A stretch of 64,000 bases of DNA. It comes from an uncultured archaeon. Its GTDB lineage: Archaea > Asgardarchaeota > Lokiarchaeia > Sigyniarchaeales > SOKP01. The position numbers and the translations under genes were made by a program. The stretch lies in assembly GCA_964447495.1 (NCBI GenBank), contig CAYUTF010000002.1:32001-96000 (forward strand). The letters run 5' to 3'. The notes below the pieces were generated by a model. The model was not told the DNA's origin. It made no database searches and was given only the letters and a program-made list of their open reading frames with translations. Below, in pieces: positions 51,331 to 62,300 of the stretch. Numbering within the stretch: the stretch's first letter is position 1; each line of letters starts with the position of its first letter.

Positions 51331-51443
51331 AAAGATTATCTTTCAAAGATTTTTATTATTATTTTAATTATGGTTCTATAGTATTTATAAAATAGTATTA
51401 CAAAATTAATAGAGAAGGGAGAATCAATTTAGTTATAAAACAA

Positions 51444-53036
51444 TTAAAACGTGTATTTTTTCCGTTTCTCGGGTAAAATAATGTTCCCTGAAAGTCCAAA
51501 TTCAGTAAAGGTTTCTGCATGCTCAGTATGCACTGGAATGATATTATCGGCTTGAATTGTGGATAACGTAGAAATCAAGTCCTCTACATTAACATGTCCC
51601 GAGGAATGGATGGTTTCAGTCTTGATAACACCAAATTTATTCAACCATGCATTTAATTTTTTATCTTGAATAACCATTTCTTCATTAAATGGATCTGTTG
51701 TAGAATTTATGAATAATATAGAATCTTGTTTCTGATCTAAATCAATTAATTCGTTCATCATAAAATAATCAAGATACATTAGGTACTTATCCGGCTCAGC
51801 TTTAACATCTTTATAATTGATATAATTTTCTTCTTTTAAAATGATTCGTTCAAATTTTTTATAATCTTCTGATTCGAATTTACCCCATCCTTTCCGTGGT
51901 AAATAAATCGATAAAAAGTCATCATTAAATTCAGGTAAATTGTAATCTCTATAAAATTCTTTAATATTTTCCTCCTCCATCTCATCAAGTTTTTTCTTTA
52001 ATGATTCAATATACATATGAATTTTTGGAGTTATAGCAATAATACGGTTATTTTTCTTAGCCAAATTATAATATAGTAAGAGTCTATCAAGATTTCTGGA
52101 TGGATAATTGAATAAAATTAAACCATGATAGTTATTAATTAATTCTCCAGAAATCTCTTGGACATCTTTCTCCGATTGAGTATCATCTTTAAATTTTTCA
52201 TTCTTAAAATCCTCAACAGAAGGCACACGTGTTCCTTCTGTGATTATTGTTATAGGATTAGACTTTTTAGCATTATTAATAAAAGTTCTTACCCAATCAC
52301 TATGTAATCCATGTGTTCTAAAATCTCCGGTATAAATGATACTTCTTCCGTCGTGTTCTATAATATAGGAACATGCTCCTGGAATGGAATGGTCTACAGG
52401 ATACTGCGTAATTTTAATCTCTCCATTAGATGTATTAAAGAAATAAGGCTTACTAGAATCCATCAGTTTAATTTTCCTTAAACAATCGTGTTTCTTATAA
52501 TCAGTTCTCTTTGCTCTTTTATATTGAATTTCATCATTAGTTTTTTGCTTCTTTTTTGGAACTTGCTTGAATGCCTCATAAAAATGCAAAATCTCAGGAA
52601 CTAATGGATCAGAAGAAATTTCATCTAAATAATTAGCAATTGCTTCTGTTATCCAATTCATATATATTGGGGTACTTTTCTTAAGGAAGCCTAAGAACTT
52701 ACAATGATCTAAATGTGCGTGAGTTAGAAAACAAGCATCGATTAGATTATCATCAGAGGGCGTTATATTGTATCTTCCTGAACGTAATTTTTCTTTAAAT
52801 GGTAGAATAAAATCATTTCTGTATATTTTATTGATTGGAGGGATAAGTCCTAAATATAAATAGTCAATAACACCATTAAATTTTCGAGGATTGAGGAAAT
52901 TTGAAAAATATTGATTCATATCTTTAAAGGATAATCCAAAATCAAAACAGAAGGTTTTATCTCCATTCTTTATAAAGATTTTATTTCCTCCAATCTCGTT
53001 TATACCACCATATATAGAAACTTGCATGAAAAACAA
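51444..53036 (-). CDS. RNase J-like MBL-fold hydrolase
   Basis: GGINEIGGNKI, THAHLDH, VDHSIPGA, YTGDFR, HSSGH, PVHTEH. Confidence 0.85.
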   Translation of the reverse strand: MFFMQVSIYGGINEIGGNKIFIKNGDKTFCFDFGLSFKDMNQYFSNFLNPRKFNGVIDYLYLGLIPPINKIYRNDFILPFKEKLRSGRYNITPSDDNLIDACFLTHAHLDHCKFLGFLKKSTPIYMNWITEAIANYLDEISSDPLVPEILHFYEAFKQVPKKKQKTNDEIQYKRAKRTDYKKHDCLRKIKLMDSSKPYFFNTSNGEIKITQYPVDHSIPGACSYIIEHDGRSIIYTGDFRTHGLHSDWVRTFINNAKKSNPITIITEGTRVPSVEDFKNEKFKDDTQSEKDVQEISGELINNYHGLILFNYPSRNLDRLLLYYNLAKKNNRIIAITPKIHMYIESLKKKLDEMEEENIKEFYRDYNLPEFNDDFLSIYLPRKGWGKFESEDYKKFERIILKEENYINYKDVKAEPDKYLMYLDYFMMNELIDLDQKQDSILFINSTTDPFNEEMVIQDKKLNAWLNKFGVIKTETIHSSGHVNVEDLISTLSTIQADNIIPVHTEHAETFTEFGLSGNIILPEKRKKYTF

Positions 53037-53168
53037 CCAGATTATTAAGATGATGTAAATATCGCAATTGAATTTTTTCTTATAATAGTATAATACAAAT
53101 ATAGGTTTAAAAAATCGTTTATTATTGCGAGACTATGGAAAATTATTAGTATTTATACTAAAATAAAC

Positions 53169-53525
53169 TTAAAAATAACCTAAATGACCCAAATTTTTTC
53201 CATTCTCGTCTAAAATATATACTATACCAAGTGAAAGTGAATCCGCTTCATTAGTAGATTTAGTGGGTTTTGCAACCTTTTTTAGGGTTTCAAGCTTTAA
53301 TATATAAACTCTATTACACTTCTTGCATTTAATATATATTTTTTTTGTAATTTTTTCGTCGTCTTCAGATTCTTCGATTTTAAAAGGTTCTAATAATTTT
53401 ATATCCTCATTATCACATCCTGGTAAGAAGCATGCATCTAATGATATCCGTTCCATTCCACGGCGAGCCAGAGATATGTATGCATAACTAGGAATTTCTT
53501 GTCTTAAATCTTCATAATCATCCAT
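53169..53525 (-). CDS. Hypothetical protein, possibly Zn-binding
   Basis: CFLPGC and CKKC pairs. Confidence 0.6.
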   Translation of the reverse strand: MDDYEDLRQEIPSYAYISLARRGMERISLDACFLPGCDNEDIKLLEPFKIEESEDDEKITKKIYIKCKKCNRVYILKLETLKKVAKPTKSTNEADSLSLGIVYILDENGKNLGHLGYF

Positions 53526-53668
53526 ATGCTAGAAAAAGAATTGAGTTTTTTAATTATTATTATTATTTTCTAAAATAAGTTTTTAAGATATTAAGTAAGT
53601 GTATAAAAAACCTTATTTAAAATCGAGGATTAATTACTCTGATAAATATACCTAAATTCAAGAAAGAT

Positions 53669-53980
53669 ATGGCCCCTAAAAAGGAAATTTCAAAAGAAAT
53701 TTTAGATTATATATCTAAATTAGCCCTATTAGAATTAAGTGAGGAAGAACAAGAAGATTTTATAAATCAGTTAGAGAATATTCTAAATTACTTTAAAAAA
53801 CTAGAAGATTTAAACACAGAAAATATTGAACCTACACGTCATCCCATTGAGGGTTTAAAAAATGTTTTTCGAGACGATATTCCTTGGAAATCTCTTTCTA
53901 AGAGAGATGCTTTAAAGAATGCTAAATATACTAAAGATGGTTATTTTAAAGCTCCAAAAGTAATAAAAGATAAAAATTAA
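53669..53980 (+). CDS. gatC: Asp/Glu-tRNA amidotransferase subunit C
   Basis: ISKLALLEL, NVFRDD, DGYFKAPKV. Confidence 0.88.
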   Translation: MAPKKEISKEILDYISKLALLELSEEEQEDFINQLENILNYFKKLEDLNTENIEPTRHPIEGLKNVFRDDIPWKSLSKRDALKNAKYTKDGYFKAPKVIKDKN

Positions 53981-54975
53981 TCAGCATATTCCTTATTTAG
54001 GATTTCAATTGCTTTTTCCATATCTTTTAACGCTTTTTTTCTCTCTTTTGGAGTCATATTATAAAAATCATCTTCTGCGTTTATGCCAATTTTTTGAGAT
54101 TCTGCTATAGGTTTAAATTTTTTATATACCAATGCTGTTATATAGCGCTCATAATGAGATAAAGCCTTATTAAGCTCAGGATTATCCTTAATTTTATCCC
54201 ATAATTCTAAAGTCTCTAAAGATCTTATCCCTATATCAATACGAAACCAAGATATTGGAAAGAGTAGCTTCTTTTTAATACCATATTCGATAATTTTAAT
54301 ATTTTCACTATCAATATAAATCTCAGGTATTTCATCCTTACTAAAAACTATATTGTCGCTCATTATATAGAGGTTAGCCGCATTTCTGGAAGTACAGACT
54401 ATACCAACCGCAAAGCCTTTTGCTAATCTTAATTTATTAATTAAATCTTCAAGATGGGTCCCTTTAATATGTAAATTATTTTTTTTAGTTCCCTGAAATT
54501 CGATTTTTATTTTTTTCGCTCCCTTATCCTCTAAAATCTTTGGGAATAACTCCTTTTCTCTAGAGTGTTTATGAGCTTCCATTAATTTATTGATAATGGA
54601 ATAATCAAGTTTTAGTTCTGGAATAACCGTATGTTTTTCATCTAAAAAAGCATCGACTTCAAAATCCGCAATACCATAGAATATTTTTCGATTATTTATT
54701 ATTTGATAAATGGTTTTGACAATAATGTCCACTAATGCTTCAGGATCTTCACGAATAGAGTCATATTCAGTAGTCATAAATGTGTCAATTTGATCTTCAA
54801 GCCCTTCCTCTTCATAAAAGGCAGCCCAAGACATTTCGGTATAAATATTGCCTTCATTAAAGAAATTATGGAAGCTATCTATACTAATTATTGACTTTGA
54901 ACCTCCAATTTCTACTCCTTTTTTTGTCCCGAATGCTAGAATTGCAGAAGGAGGATTGAAGAATTCTATCGACAT
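53977..54975 (-). CDS. Hypothetical protein
   Basis: 332 aa ORF, no recognised motif. Confidence 0.65.
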   Translation of the reverse strand: MSIEFFNPPSAILAFGTKKGVEIGGSKSIISIDSFHNFFNEGNIYTEMSWAAFYEEEGLEDQIDTFMTTEYDSIREDPEALVDIIVKTIYQIINNRKIFYGIADFEVDAFLDEKHTVIPELKLDYSIINKLMEAHKHSREKELFPKILEDKGAKKIKIEFQGTKKNNLHIKGTHLEDLINKLRLAKGFAVGIVCTSRNAANLYIMSDNIVFSKDEIPEIYIDSENIKIIEYGIKKKLLFPISWFRIDIGIRSLETLELWDKIKDNPELNKALSHYERYITALVYKKFKPIAESQKIGINAEDDFYNMTPKERKKALKDMEKAIEILNKEYAD

Positions 54976-55111
54976 AATTCTATCACAATTTAAATAATTA
55001 ATATTAGATACACATTTTAAATTTAGAGTTTTTGGAAAATCTAAATTTGAGAATAATGAATATTAAAAATTGTCGATATATTGTATCCCTTTATAATTTA
55101 GGCAATGTCAC

Positions 55112-57739
55112 TTAATCATTAAAAGGTAATCTCACAATGAATGTTGAACCCTTGTTTTTACCTTCAGATTCTGCCCAAATTTTTCCACCATGTAGTTGAA
55201 CGATTTCTTTCGCAATATGAAGCCCTAATCCAGTTGTACCTAACTGAATGTCTAAATCTTTATCTAATGGGGTTTGGATTTTGCCAAATTTTTTGAAAAG
55301 TTTTCCAATTTCATTTTTAGTTAACCCAATACCAGTATCCTTGATTCGTATATCTGCATAATCATCGTATTCTTTTATAGTTATACATATCGTTCCTTTT
55401 TTGGGTGTATATTTTATTGCATTAGTTAATAGATTTGTAATGACCAATTCTATTCTAGATTCATCTAAATTTAAAAAGAGATTCTCAGGTATATTTAATT
55501 CGAGATTATGATCTCCTCTTTTAAAGAAATAGGTTAATTCATTCACACATTTCAATATTAGCTTAGATAAATCAACATTATGTTTTTCTAGGGTAAACAT
55601 TCTTGATTCCATTCTGGAGACATCTAAGAGATCATCGACTAATTTTTTTAATCTTTTTGTGCCATTTACCGCCATATCTAGTAATTCTTGAGCATCTTTA
55701 CTAACTTCATTTCGATATTGGCTATTTAATAATTGATACGCGCCATAAACGGTTGTTATTGGTGTTTTTAATTCATGAGAGGCACGATTTATAAATTCTT
55801 TTCTCATCTCATCCAATTCTTTCAATCCTTTTTCTGCTTTTTTCTTTTCAGAAATATCATGCCCCATTATAATAATGAATGGCTTATTGTCTATTTTTAC
55901 AAATGAAGATTCAATATTAGTCCATATTTTTGTTCCATCTTTCCTAATCAATTCAACATCCATAGGGGGGATAGAAATACCCTTAGTGATTTTCTCAAGT
56001 CTTTCTAATAGCTTTGATAAATACTCTTCAGGAACTATTAATAATTTTCTATATTTTTTTCCAATCAATTCATCTCTAGAATAACCTATGAGTTTTTCCA
56101 AAGATGGATTGCAATCTACAATCTTTCCAGACTTTTCTATGAGTAAAATAGAGAATGGGGCGTTCTGAAATAAGAAACGGTATTTCTCCTCAGACTCTTT
56201 CAACTTTTCTTGTGTTGTCTTTCGATCACTTATATCAATAAAAGAAACAAGAAATGCCGGGTTTTCTTCAAATTCAATTTTTTTATAATAGACATCTAAC
56301 CAAATTATCTCTCCCTGTTTGGTTAATCCTCTCGCTTCGTAATAAATTGCTTTATTATTTTCATACTTATCAATGGATGTAGCTAAACTTATAATTCTTT
56401 TTTTATCCTCAGAGTGTATCGTCTTAAAAAATTCTCCCTTTTTCCAATTGAGCATTTCTTTTGCAGTGTAACCCAGTAAATCGGCAAGATTTTGATTTAC
56501 ATACTTCACCTGCTCATCTTGAATAATACTAATACCCATTAACGATTGTTCTGCGATTGTACGGAACTTCTCTTCGGATTCTTTTATTCGATTTTCAGCG
56601 ATTTTCATATCAGTGATATCATGAATAACACTTCTAATTCCCACAATTTCTCCTTCATTGTAAATAGGAGTCGCATAAATTCTTGAGTAGAAGACGCTCC
56701 CATCTTTTCTTTTCAGCCTTAAAAGTTGGGGTTCAATTATTTCTCCCTTAAAAAGTCTTTTTAAAACGTCGTTTACGAAATTTCTCTCATCAGGAAGAAT
56801 AAAATCATTGACATGCAATCCCTTTTTAAAATCTTCATGAGAGTATCCGAAGATCTTAGAAGCTATAGAATTTGTGTATACCAAATTGTAATCGGTGTCA
56901 ATTTCAAAAATAACCTCGAGTAATGATTCTGCCAAATTTCTATATCTTTTTTTCGATTCGCTTAATATTTCTGCTGTTTTTTTTCGCTCTGTAATGTCTC
57001 TAGTTACTAATTGGATTTTTAAATTTCCATCACTATCTCTGAACATATTTCCATTAGTTTCAGTCCATACATAATGTCCATCTTTATGTCTAATCCTCGC
57101 CTCGATGATTCTCTCTTCTCCTTCAATGGATTTTTTAAATTCTTGTAATACCTTCTCTCTATCATCGGGATGAATAAACTCTAAAGAACTGCGACCAATT
57201 AAATCGTCCTTATCATAGTTCATCACTTTTTTATGTTTTTCCTCGTTAATATATTCTATTTGCATTTCAGTGTTGATGATGGTTATCATATCGTTTATAT
57301 TTTGAGTTAATAATCTATACTTCTCTTCAGATTCTTTGAGTTTGATTTCTAATGATTTTCTCGGAGTTATGTCCTGCGCTAAAACCTGAATTAGTAAATT
57401 ATCGCCTACTTTGACTAATGAACCTATTACATTAATCCATAAAGCATCTTTGTGATTATTAGTAATTAGAATTTCTCCTGGACTGAAATTTTCACCCTTT
57501 AATAGATTTGTAAAGACATTTTTCATTTTTGGTAGAGTTGAATCTGGAATAATCCCCAGTTTAGTAAAATGATATCCAATAAGCTGAGTCCTATCATAAC
57601 CAGATAATTTTTCAGTTGCGGAGTTGACTTCTACAATTTGTCCATTTAAATCTAAAAGGGTAATTGAAATTGGAGATTTCTCAAAAATCAACCTAAATGC
57701 TTCATTATGACCCTTTTGATATAATTGATTATTATTCAA
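55112..57739 (-). CDS. Cytoplasmic sensor histidine kinase with five PAS/PAC domains
   Basis: ESEEKYR/DIT linkers; SHELKTP, NLLTNAIKY, DTGIG, GLGL. Confidence 0.92.
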   Translation of the reverse strand: MNNNQLYQKGHNEAFRLIFEKSPISITLLDLNGQIVEVNSATEKLSGYDRTQLIGYHFTKLGIIPDSTLPKMKNVFTNLLKGENFSPGEILITNNHKDALWINVIGSLVKVGDNLLIQVLAQDITPRKSLEIKLKESEEKYRLLTQNINDMITIINTEMQIEYINEEKHKKVMNYDKDDLIGRSSLEFIHPDDREKVLQEFKKSIEGEERIIEARIRHKDGHYVWTETNGNMFRDSDGNLKIQLVTRDITERKKTAEILSESKKRYRNLAESLLEVIFEIDTDYNLVYTNSIASKIFGYSHEDFKKGLHVNDFILPDERNFVNDVLKRLFKGEIIEPQLLRLKRKDGSVFYSRIYATPIYNEGEIVGIRSVIHDITDMKIAENRIKESEEKFRTIAEQSLMGISIIQDEQVKYVNQNLADLLGYTAKEMLNWKKGEFFKTIHSEDKKRIISLATSIDKYENNKAIYYEARGLTKQGEIIWLDVYYKKIEFEENPAFLVSFIDISDRKTTQEKLKESEEKYRFLFQNAPFSILLIEKSGKIVDCNPSLEKLIGYSRDELIGKKYRKLLIVPEEYLSKLLERLEKITKGISIPPMDVELIRKDGTKIWTNIESSFVKIDNKPFIIIMGHDISEKKKAEKGLKELDEMRKEFINRASHELKTPITTVYGAYQLLNSQYRNEVSKDAQELLDMAVNGTKRLKKLVDDLLDVSRMESRMFTLEKHNVDLSKLILKCVNELTYFFKRGDHNLELNIPENLFLNLDESRIELVITNLLTNAIKYTPKKGTICITIKEYDDYADIRIKDTGIGLTKNEIGKLFKKFGKIQTPLDKDLDIQLGTTGLGLHIAKEIVQLHGGKIWAESEGKNKGSTFIVRLPFND

Positions 57740-57912
57740 GATTGCAGCATCAATATACTTTTTTTGAATCTCTAGATTTTATATTACAAAAATGGGTTTT
57801 TTATTCATCTAATAGAATAAGAAAGAACTTTTTTTTTAATTTAAGTAATTTTTAAAAAGTTCGTACTACCATCTTTTAATCCAAATTTATAAGGATAAGT
57901 ATGAAATTAGAT

Positions 57913-59439
57913 TTAAGGAGAAGCAAAAAGAGTAAGTCTATTTCTACGATATTCTGAATATTGGCATAGAATCTTAAGACATTTTGTTGGTAAATCCCAT
58001 AGTTCGAATATAGGAATATCATATGAAAGAAATTTTTGAAACCATGGATATTTATATGGAAATGGCCCAGCATAAAATACAGGGATAGAATATTTCTTCA
58101 TTAAGCGTTTTATTGGTTTTAATACTGCATTATCTATCATCATCTTTATATCCTTCATTTTATCATCTAATATCATCCCCGAGTTTTCCATGGTATCTAA
58201 AACTTCATCGAAATCAAAAACACCATATACTATAATTGCATTAACCTCCCCTGATTTCATAACGATTTTTGGTATTTTGTAGAGAAGATTAACGAAGTTT
58301 ACATCAAAAGTAACATCAATCGGATTGATTGCACTTGCGGTGGGAGGAATTATCTCAAATATACTTTTTTTTAATTCACTCGAAAATTCTGGGACAATAA
58401 GGCCATTTAACTCTGCAGTTTTAGCCATCATACTTCCACTACCTCCTGAGTCAGTTATTATCCCAATCCTTTTGCCATTTGGAAAAATATTATATTTTTG
58501 GGCAGCAGAAAAAGTACGAAGATAATGTAAAAATTCAATAATAGAATCGGTGTGGAAAATTCCTGTAGTATTGAAAACTGCTTTCATCATTTTATTACTC
58601 CCTCCTATAGAGCCTGTATGGCTCATTATAGAGCGTGAGGCTGCTTTTGTTCCACCCGCATACATTGCAACAATTGGTTTCTTAGGGGTAATATCTTTTG
58701 CAATTTTTATAAATTCTTTACCCCGCTTAACTTCTTCAATATATAGCCCTATTACTTCAGTTTGATCGTCATTTTTAAAATATTCTAAAAAATCTACTAA
58801 ATCGATGTTTCTCTCATTTCCAACAGATATCGATTTACTTATTTTAACACCTAATTCTTTAGCATGCCAGAATGTTTGAGCCGCAATTGTACCGGACTGA
58901 CTTATTAGAGAGATATTGCCTCTTTCCGGGATCATATATGGCCAAAAAGTATTAATATAGGCATCTTTTTTCTCAGGATAGCCATACCACGCATTATAAA
59001 ACCCTAAACAATTAGGTCCTATAAATCGGATATTGTATTTTTTGGCTAACTTGTCAAGTTTATTTGATAAATTAATACCTTCGGAACCAATTTCTCTAAA
59101 TCCACCAGATGTGATTAATAGATGTTTAATTCCTTTTTGTCCGCATTCTTCCATCACATCTATGACTGCTTTTGGAGGTAATATTAAAAATGCAAAATCA
59201 GGAGTAACTGGTATATCAAAAACAGATTCATAGGCTTTAAACCCTTGCACTTTCTCTAATCTTGGATGTACAGGAAAAATTTCTTCAATTCCTTTTCCAG
59301 TAATAATATTTCGTAATTGCATGGATCCCATTGTACTTAAAAGATTATTATTAGCTCCAAATATTGCCATACTTCTTGGATTTAAAAAGGAATATAAAAA
59401 ATGATCTTTATTAGGTGATTTTTGTTCAAACTTTGACAT
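57913..59439 (-). CDS. Acyl-CoA synthetase (NDP-forming), alpha/CoA-binding subunit
   Basis: NPRSMAIFGA, GPNCLG, SQSG, SHTGS, NPIDVT. Confidence 0.88.
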   Translation of the reverse strand: MSKFEQKSPNKDHFLYSFLNPRSMAIFGANNNLLSTMGSMQLRNIITGKGIEEIFPVHPRLEKVQGFKAYESVFDIPVTPDFAFLILPPKAVIDVMEECGQKGIKHLLITSGGFREIGSEGINLSNKLDKLAKKYNIRFIGPNCLGFYNAWYGYPEKKDAYINTFWPYMIPERGNISLISQSGTIAAQTFWHAKELGVKISKSISVGNERNIDLVDFLEYFKNDDQTEVIGLYIEEVKRGKEFIKIAKDITPKKPIVAMYAGGTKAASRSIMSHTGSIGGSNKMMKAVFNTTGIFHTDSIIEFLHYLRTFSAAQKYNIFPNGKRIGIITDSGGSGSMMAKTAELNGLIVPEFSSELKKSIFEIIPPTASAINPIDVTFDVNFVNLLYKIPKIVMKSGEVNAIIVYGVFDFDEVLDTMENSGMILDDKMKDIKMMIDNAVLKPIKRLMKKYSIPVFYAGPFPYKYPWFQKFLSYDIPIFELWDLPTKCLKILCQYSEYRRNRLTLFASP

Positions 59440-59583
59440 AATTCTAAATTTAATGTCTATAATTGTTAAAATCTATTAGAATTTATAAGACGGTAAATAG
59501 TAAAATTAACTAAATAATTTGAATGTTTTTTTATTTCTAAATAAGTTATAGAGAAAAATTAGAGATTTTTTGATATTTCCCAA

Positions 59584-60114
59584 TTAAGATTTTCCAGTTG
59601 AACCAAAACCTCCTAATCCTCTGTCTGACTTCGGTAAATTTTCGGTCTCAATGAACTCATATTCATATAACTTTCCTAAGATTAATTGGCAGATTCGATC
59701 TTCTTTCTTGAGTATGACGTCTCTATTTGATAAATTAACGACAATCGCCATCCACTCATTTCTATACCCAGAATCAATTGTACCTGGACTATTCACAATC
59801 GATATACCTTCCCAAAGGGCTAATCCACTTCTTGGAACCACCTTAAAATAATATCCTTCCGGAATAGCTGTTGAAAAGCCAAGTGAGCACCCTATTCTAT
59901 CTAAGGGTTTTAAAACATAAGTATCTGATGCAACATCGATTAACTCTTTCCTTCCACCTTCAGAAACGATTCTTTTGAACCCCATAATCCTGGCATCAGC
60001 CCCTGCATCCCCCGGTTTTGAAGGCTCTGGAATCTGTACGCTTTTATCCAATTTCTTTAAGGGGATTGATAATTTTTCTTGTACCATTTGCTTAGAGTCT
60101 TTTTTACTATTCAT
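59584..60114 (-). CDS. dut: dUTP diphosphatase
   Basis: AGAD, PRSGLA, GTIDSGYR, RICQL, RGLGGFGSTG. Confidence 0.93.
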   Translation of the reverse strand: MNSKKDSKQMVQEKLSIPLKKLDKSVQIPEPSKPGDAGADARIMGFKRIVSEGGRKELIDVASDTYVLKPLDRIGCSLGFSTAIPEGYYFKVVPRSGLALWEGISIVNSPGTIDSGYRNEWMAIVVNLSNRDVILKKEDRICQLILGKLYEYEFIETENLPKSDRGLGGFGSTGKS

Positions 60115-60267
60115 TTTATATCTATATCTATTATTATAAAAGATAATTAATAGTTTTTATTAAATCATAATTAATGGAATAAAGAAAAAACATTATAAAA
60201 TCACTAATCATTAAGAAAATTATCAATTAATTCACTCTCTAAATTATTAGTTTTTAAATGAAAAATC

Positions 60268-60723
60268 ATGATTGTTATCGATAGATACGATCCTCGTTTA
60301 GATCGGGATGCCTTAAAAGAAATTTTTGAAGATTTCATTGAGAATAAATCATTTTTCTTTTCTCACTGGCAGAAGTTTGAACAAGAATTAAATAAGCGTG
60401 TTTTAGATTTACAATATAGGAACTCCATGATTGTAGCGAGGGAGGATGGAAAATTGGTTGGTTGGGGTACGTACACTTCTTTCAGAGATTATCTGGGAAA
60501 TGATAGAGCCATTATTCATCAAATTCTTACTAAAAAAGAGGATTCCTATAAAAAAGGTATCGACGAAATAATGATTCGCGAACTACAGTTATATATTAAG
60601 AAGACCCTTAAACTTGATAAAGTTTATTACTTTTGCCCCGATTCTGACGGAGCATTGCGAAGCGTGTTTATGAAGCTTGGAATTAAGAAAGCCAAACATT
60701 TCCTCTATGAAAATGATATCTAA
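60268..60723 (+). CDS. GNAT-fold-like protein
   Basis: IVAREDGKLVGW, YKKGI, FMKLG. Confidence 0.6.
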   Translation: MIVIDRYDPRLDRDALKEIFEDFIENKSFFFSHWQKFEQELNKRVLDLQYRNSMIVAREDGKLVGWGTYTSFRDYLGNDRAIIHQILTKKEDSYKKGIDEIMIRELQLYIKKTLKLDKVYYFCPDSDGALRSVFMKLGIKKAKHFLYENDI

Positions 60724-60800
60724 GTATGAAATTTATTTGTATTTGTATATAAACATAAATAATCTTAAAGAGAATTAAGAAATATCCAAATTGATGTTAT

Positions 60801-60908
60801 TCACTTTTTTAATAACCGATTATGAATAATACAGCATATAATAAATATCAATAAGATCACTATTCCAGCAAGAATATAACCACCAAAAGCCTCAATTATG
60901 TCTAACAT
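60801..60908 (-). CDS. Possible 35-aa single-TM protein (not in ORF track)
   Basis: MLDIIEAFGGYILAGIVILLIFIICCIIHNRLLKK: one hydrophobic helix and a basic tail. Confidence 0.4.
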   Translation of the reverse strand: MLDIIEAFGGYILAGIVILLIFIICCIIHNRLLKK

Positions 60909-61144
60909 GATTTGTTCTATCCATTATCGGATTTAGTAATAGCAATATGATCTAAACTATATTTCTATTTAAAATTTATCTGTAGATAAGACTTGAATGC
61001 ATAAACTATAAAGAAAAAGAAAAAAATAAAAATTAAATAGATTAACTTGAGCAACCTTTTCATATGCGCTAAAGGATCTCTAAGGCATTTATCTTCTCAT
61101 ATGCTTGATTAGGCTATGTTATTGCGCTGAAATAATAAGATGAA

Positions 61145-61360
61145 TTAGCTTTTTTCAATTTGGAAATTTACTTGGACTCGGACTCGATAGATTAATTTGT
61201 CTTGATCTTCCTTAACTTTAACATCGCTTTCAACGATCTGAATGTTCCTAATACCCCGTAATGTTTTCTTAGCTTCATCGTACGCGTTTCTGACCGCATC
61301 TGCCCAGTTCTTATCGCTCGTTGCTACTAGCTGAATACTTTTATACACTGGCATTTTCAA
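61145..61360 (-). CDS. Dodecin-family flavin-binding protein
   Basis: VYKSIQLVATS...WADAVRNA...KTLRGI...YRVRVQVNF. Confidence 0.85.
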   Translation of the reverse strand: MKMPVYKSIQLVATSDKNWADAVRNAYDEAKKTLRGIRNIQIVESDVKVKEDQDKLIYRVRVQVNFQIEKS

Positions 61361-61605
61361 TACACCTTTTAATTCAATAAATTTTCATTGATTTCTTAAG
61401 TAAGTCATATTTTAATTATTTTATATTTAAATATTACGCTAATTTTAATGAAAGCTTTGATGATTAATAGATATAAATATAACTCTAATTGATTTATGAG
61501 GCGTTTTTTGAGCGCTTTAATTCTTTTTATATAATTTAAGTTTTAAAAAGGAGTATATTAATTAAATGGAATAATTTAATTATCATATTTAATCAAATTG
61601 ATTTC

Positions 61606-62235
61606 ATGAAAATCTTGAATGGAAACAAAGATAAAATAAGTAAAGCACTTAAACTTAAGAAAGAGGAAAAATTTGAGGAAGCTTTAGAAATTTTGAATGA
61701 TCTACATAAAAGCAAGCCTAATTCTAAAGATATAAAAAACGCTTTAATTGAGGTTTTGTTTGAGTACGGCGCGTACTTAAATGATGATTGGGTTTCAGGC
61801 TATGAAAAAGCTGTTGAATGTTTTAACAGAATTATTGAAATTGATGGAAATCATTACAAAGCATGGTATAATTTGGGCATAGCCTTCTTCAAATTAAAAG
61901 AAACTGAAAAAGCATTAGAGGCATATAACCAAGCACTAAAGATAAAACCCGATTATGAATATATCTATTACAATATCGGATTGCTATATGAAGTTGATAA
62001 AGAGGATTTAGAGACTGCTTTAAAGTATTATGAAGAGGCTTTAAGATTAAATGAAAATTTTACATATGCCCTCCAAGCAATGAGAGATGTCCGTCAGAAA
62101 TTGGAGTATATTAAATTAAACAAGCAAAAAAAAGATGTTTCTGATTTTGAAACCCAAATTATTTGTAAAAAATGTGGGAATATAAATAGAGCTAGTGCTA
62201 AATTTTGTGATGAATGTGGAGAATCGATACACTAA
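61606..62235 (+). CDS. TPR protein with C-terminal zinc ribbon
   Basis: AWYNLGIAF..., YYNIGLLY; CKKCG...CDECG. Confidence 0.85.
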   Translation: MKILNGNKDKISKALKLKKEEKFEEALEILNDLHKSKPNSKDIKNALIEVLFEYGAYLNDDWVSGYEKAVECFNRIIEIDGNHYKAWYNLGIAFFKLKETEKALEAYNQALKIKPDYEYIYYNIGLLYEVDKEDLETALKYYEEALRLNENFTYALQAMRDVRQKLEYIKLNKQKKDVSDFETQIICKKCGNINRASAKFCDECGESIH

Positions 62236-62300
62236 AAGCATTGAATTAACTATCAATGAAAAATAAATAAAAAAAAGAATTACTTAAGAAATTAACAAGA

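Noticed and set aside
59920-60000. In-frame insertion in dUTPase flanked by CUGAUGC/GCAUCAG as a hidden intron
   Set aside because: I could not draw a 3-4-3 BHB geometry; it is more likely a protein loop.
61060-61110. Eukaryote-like SECIS downstream of dodecin (AUGA...AAA)
   Set aside because: AUGA-to-AAA spacing is too short and dodecin has no in-frame UGA.
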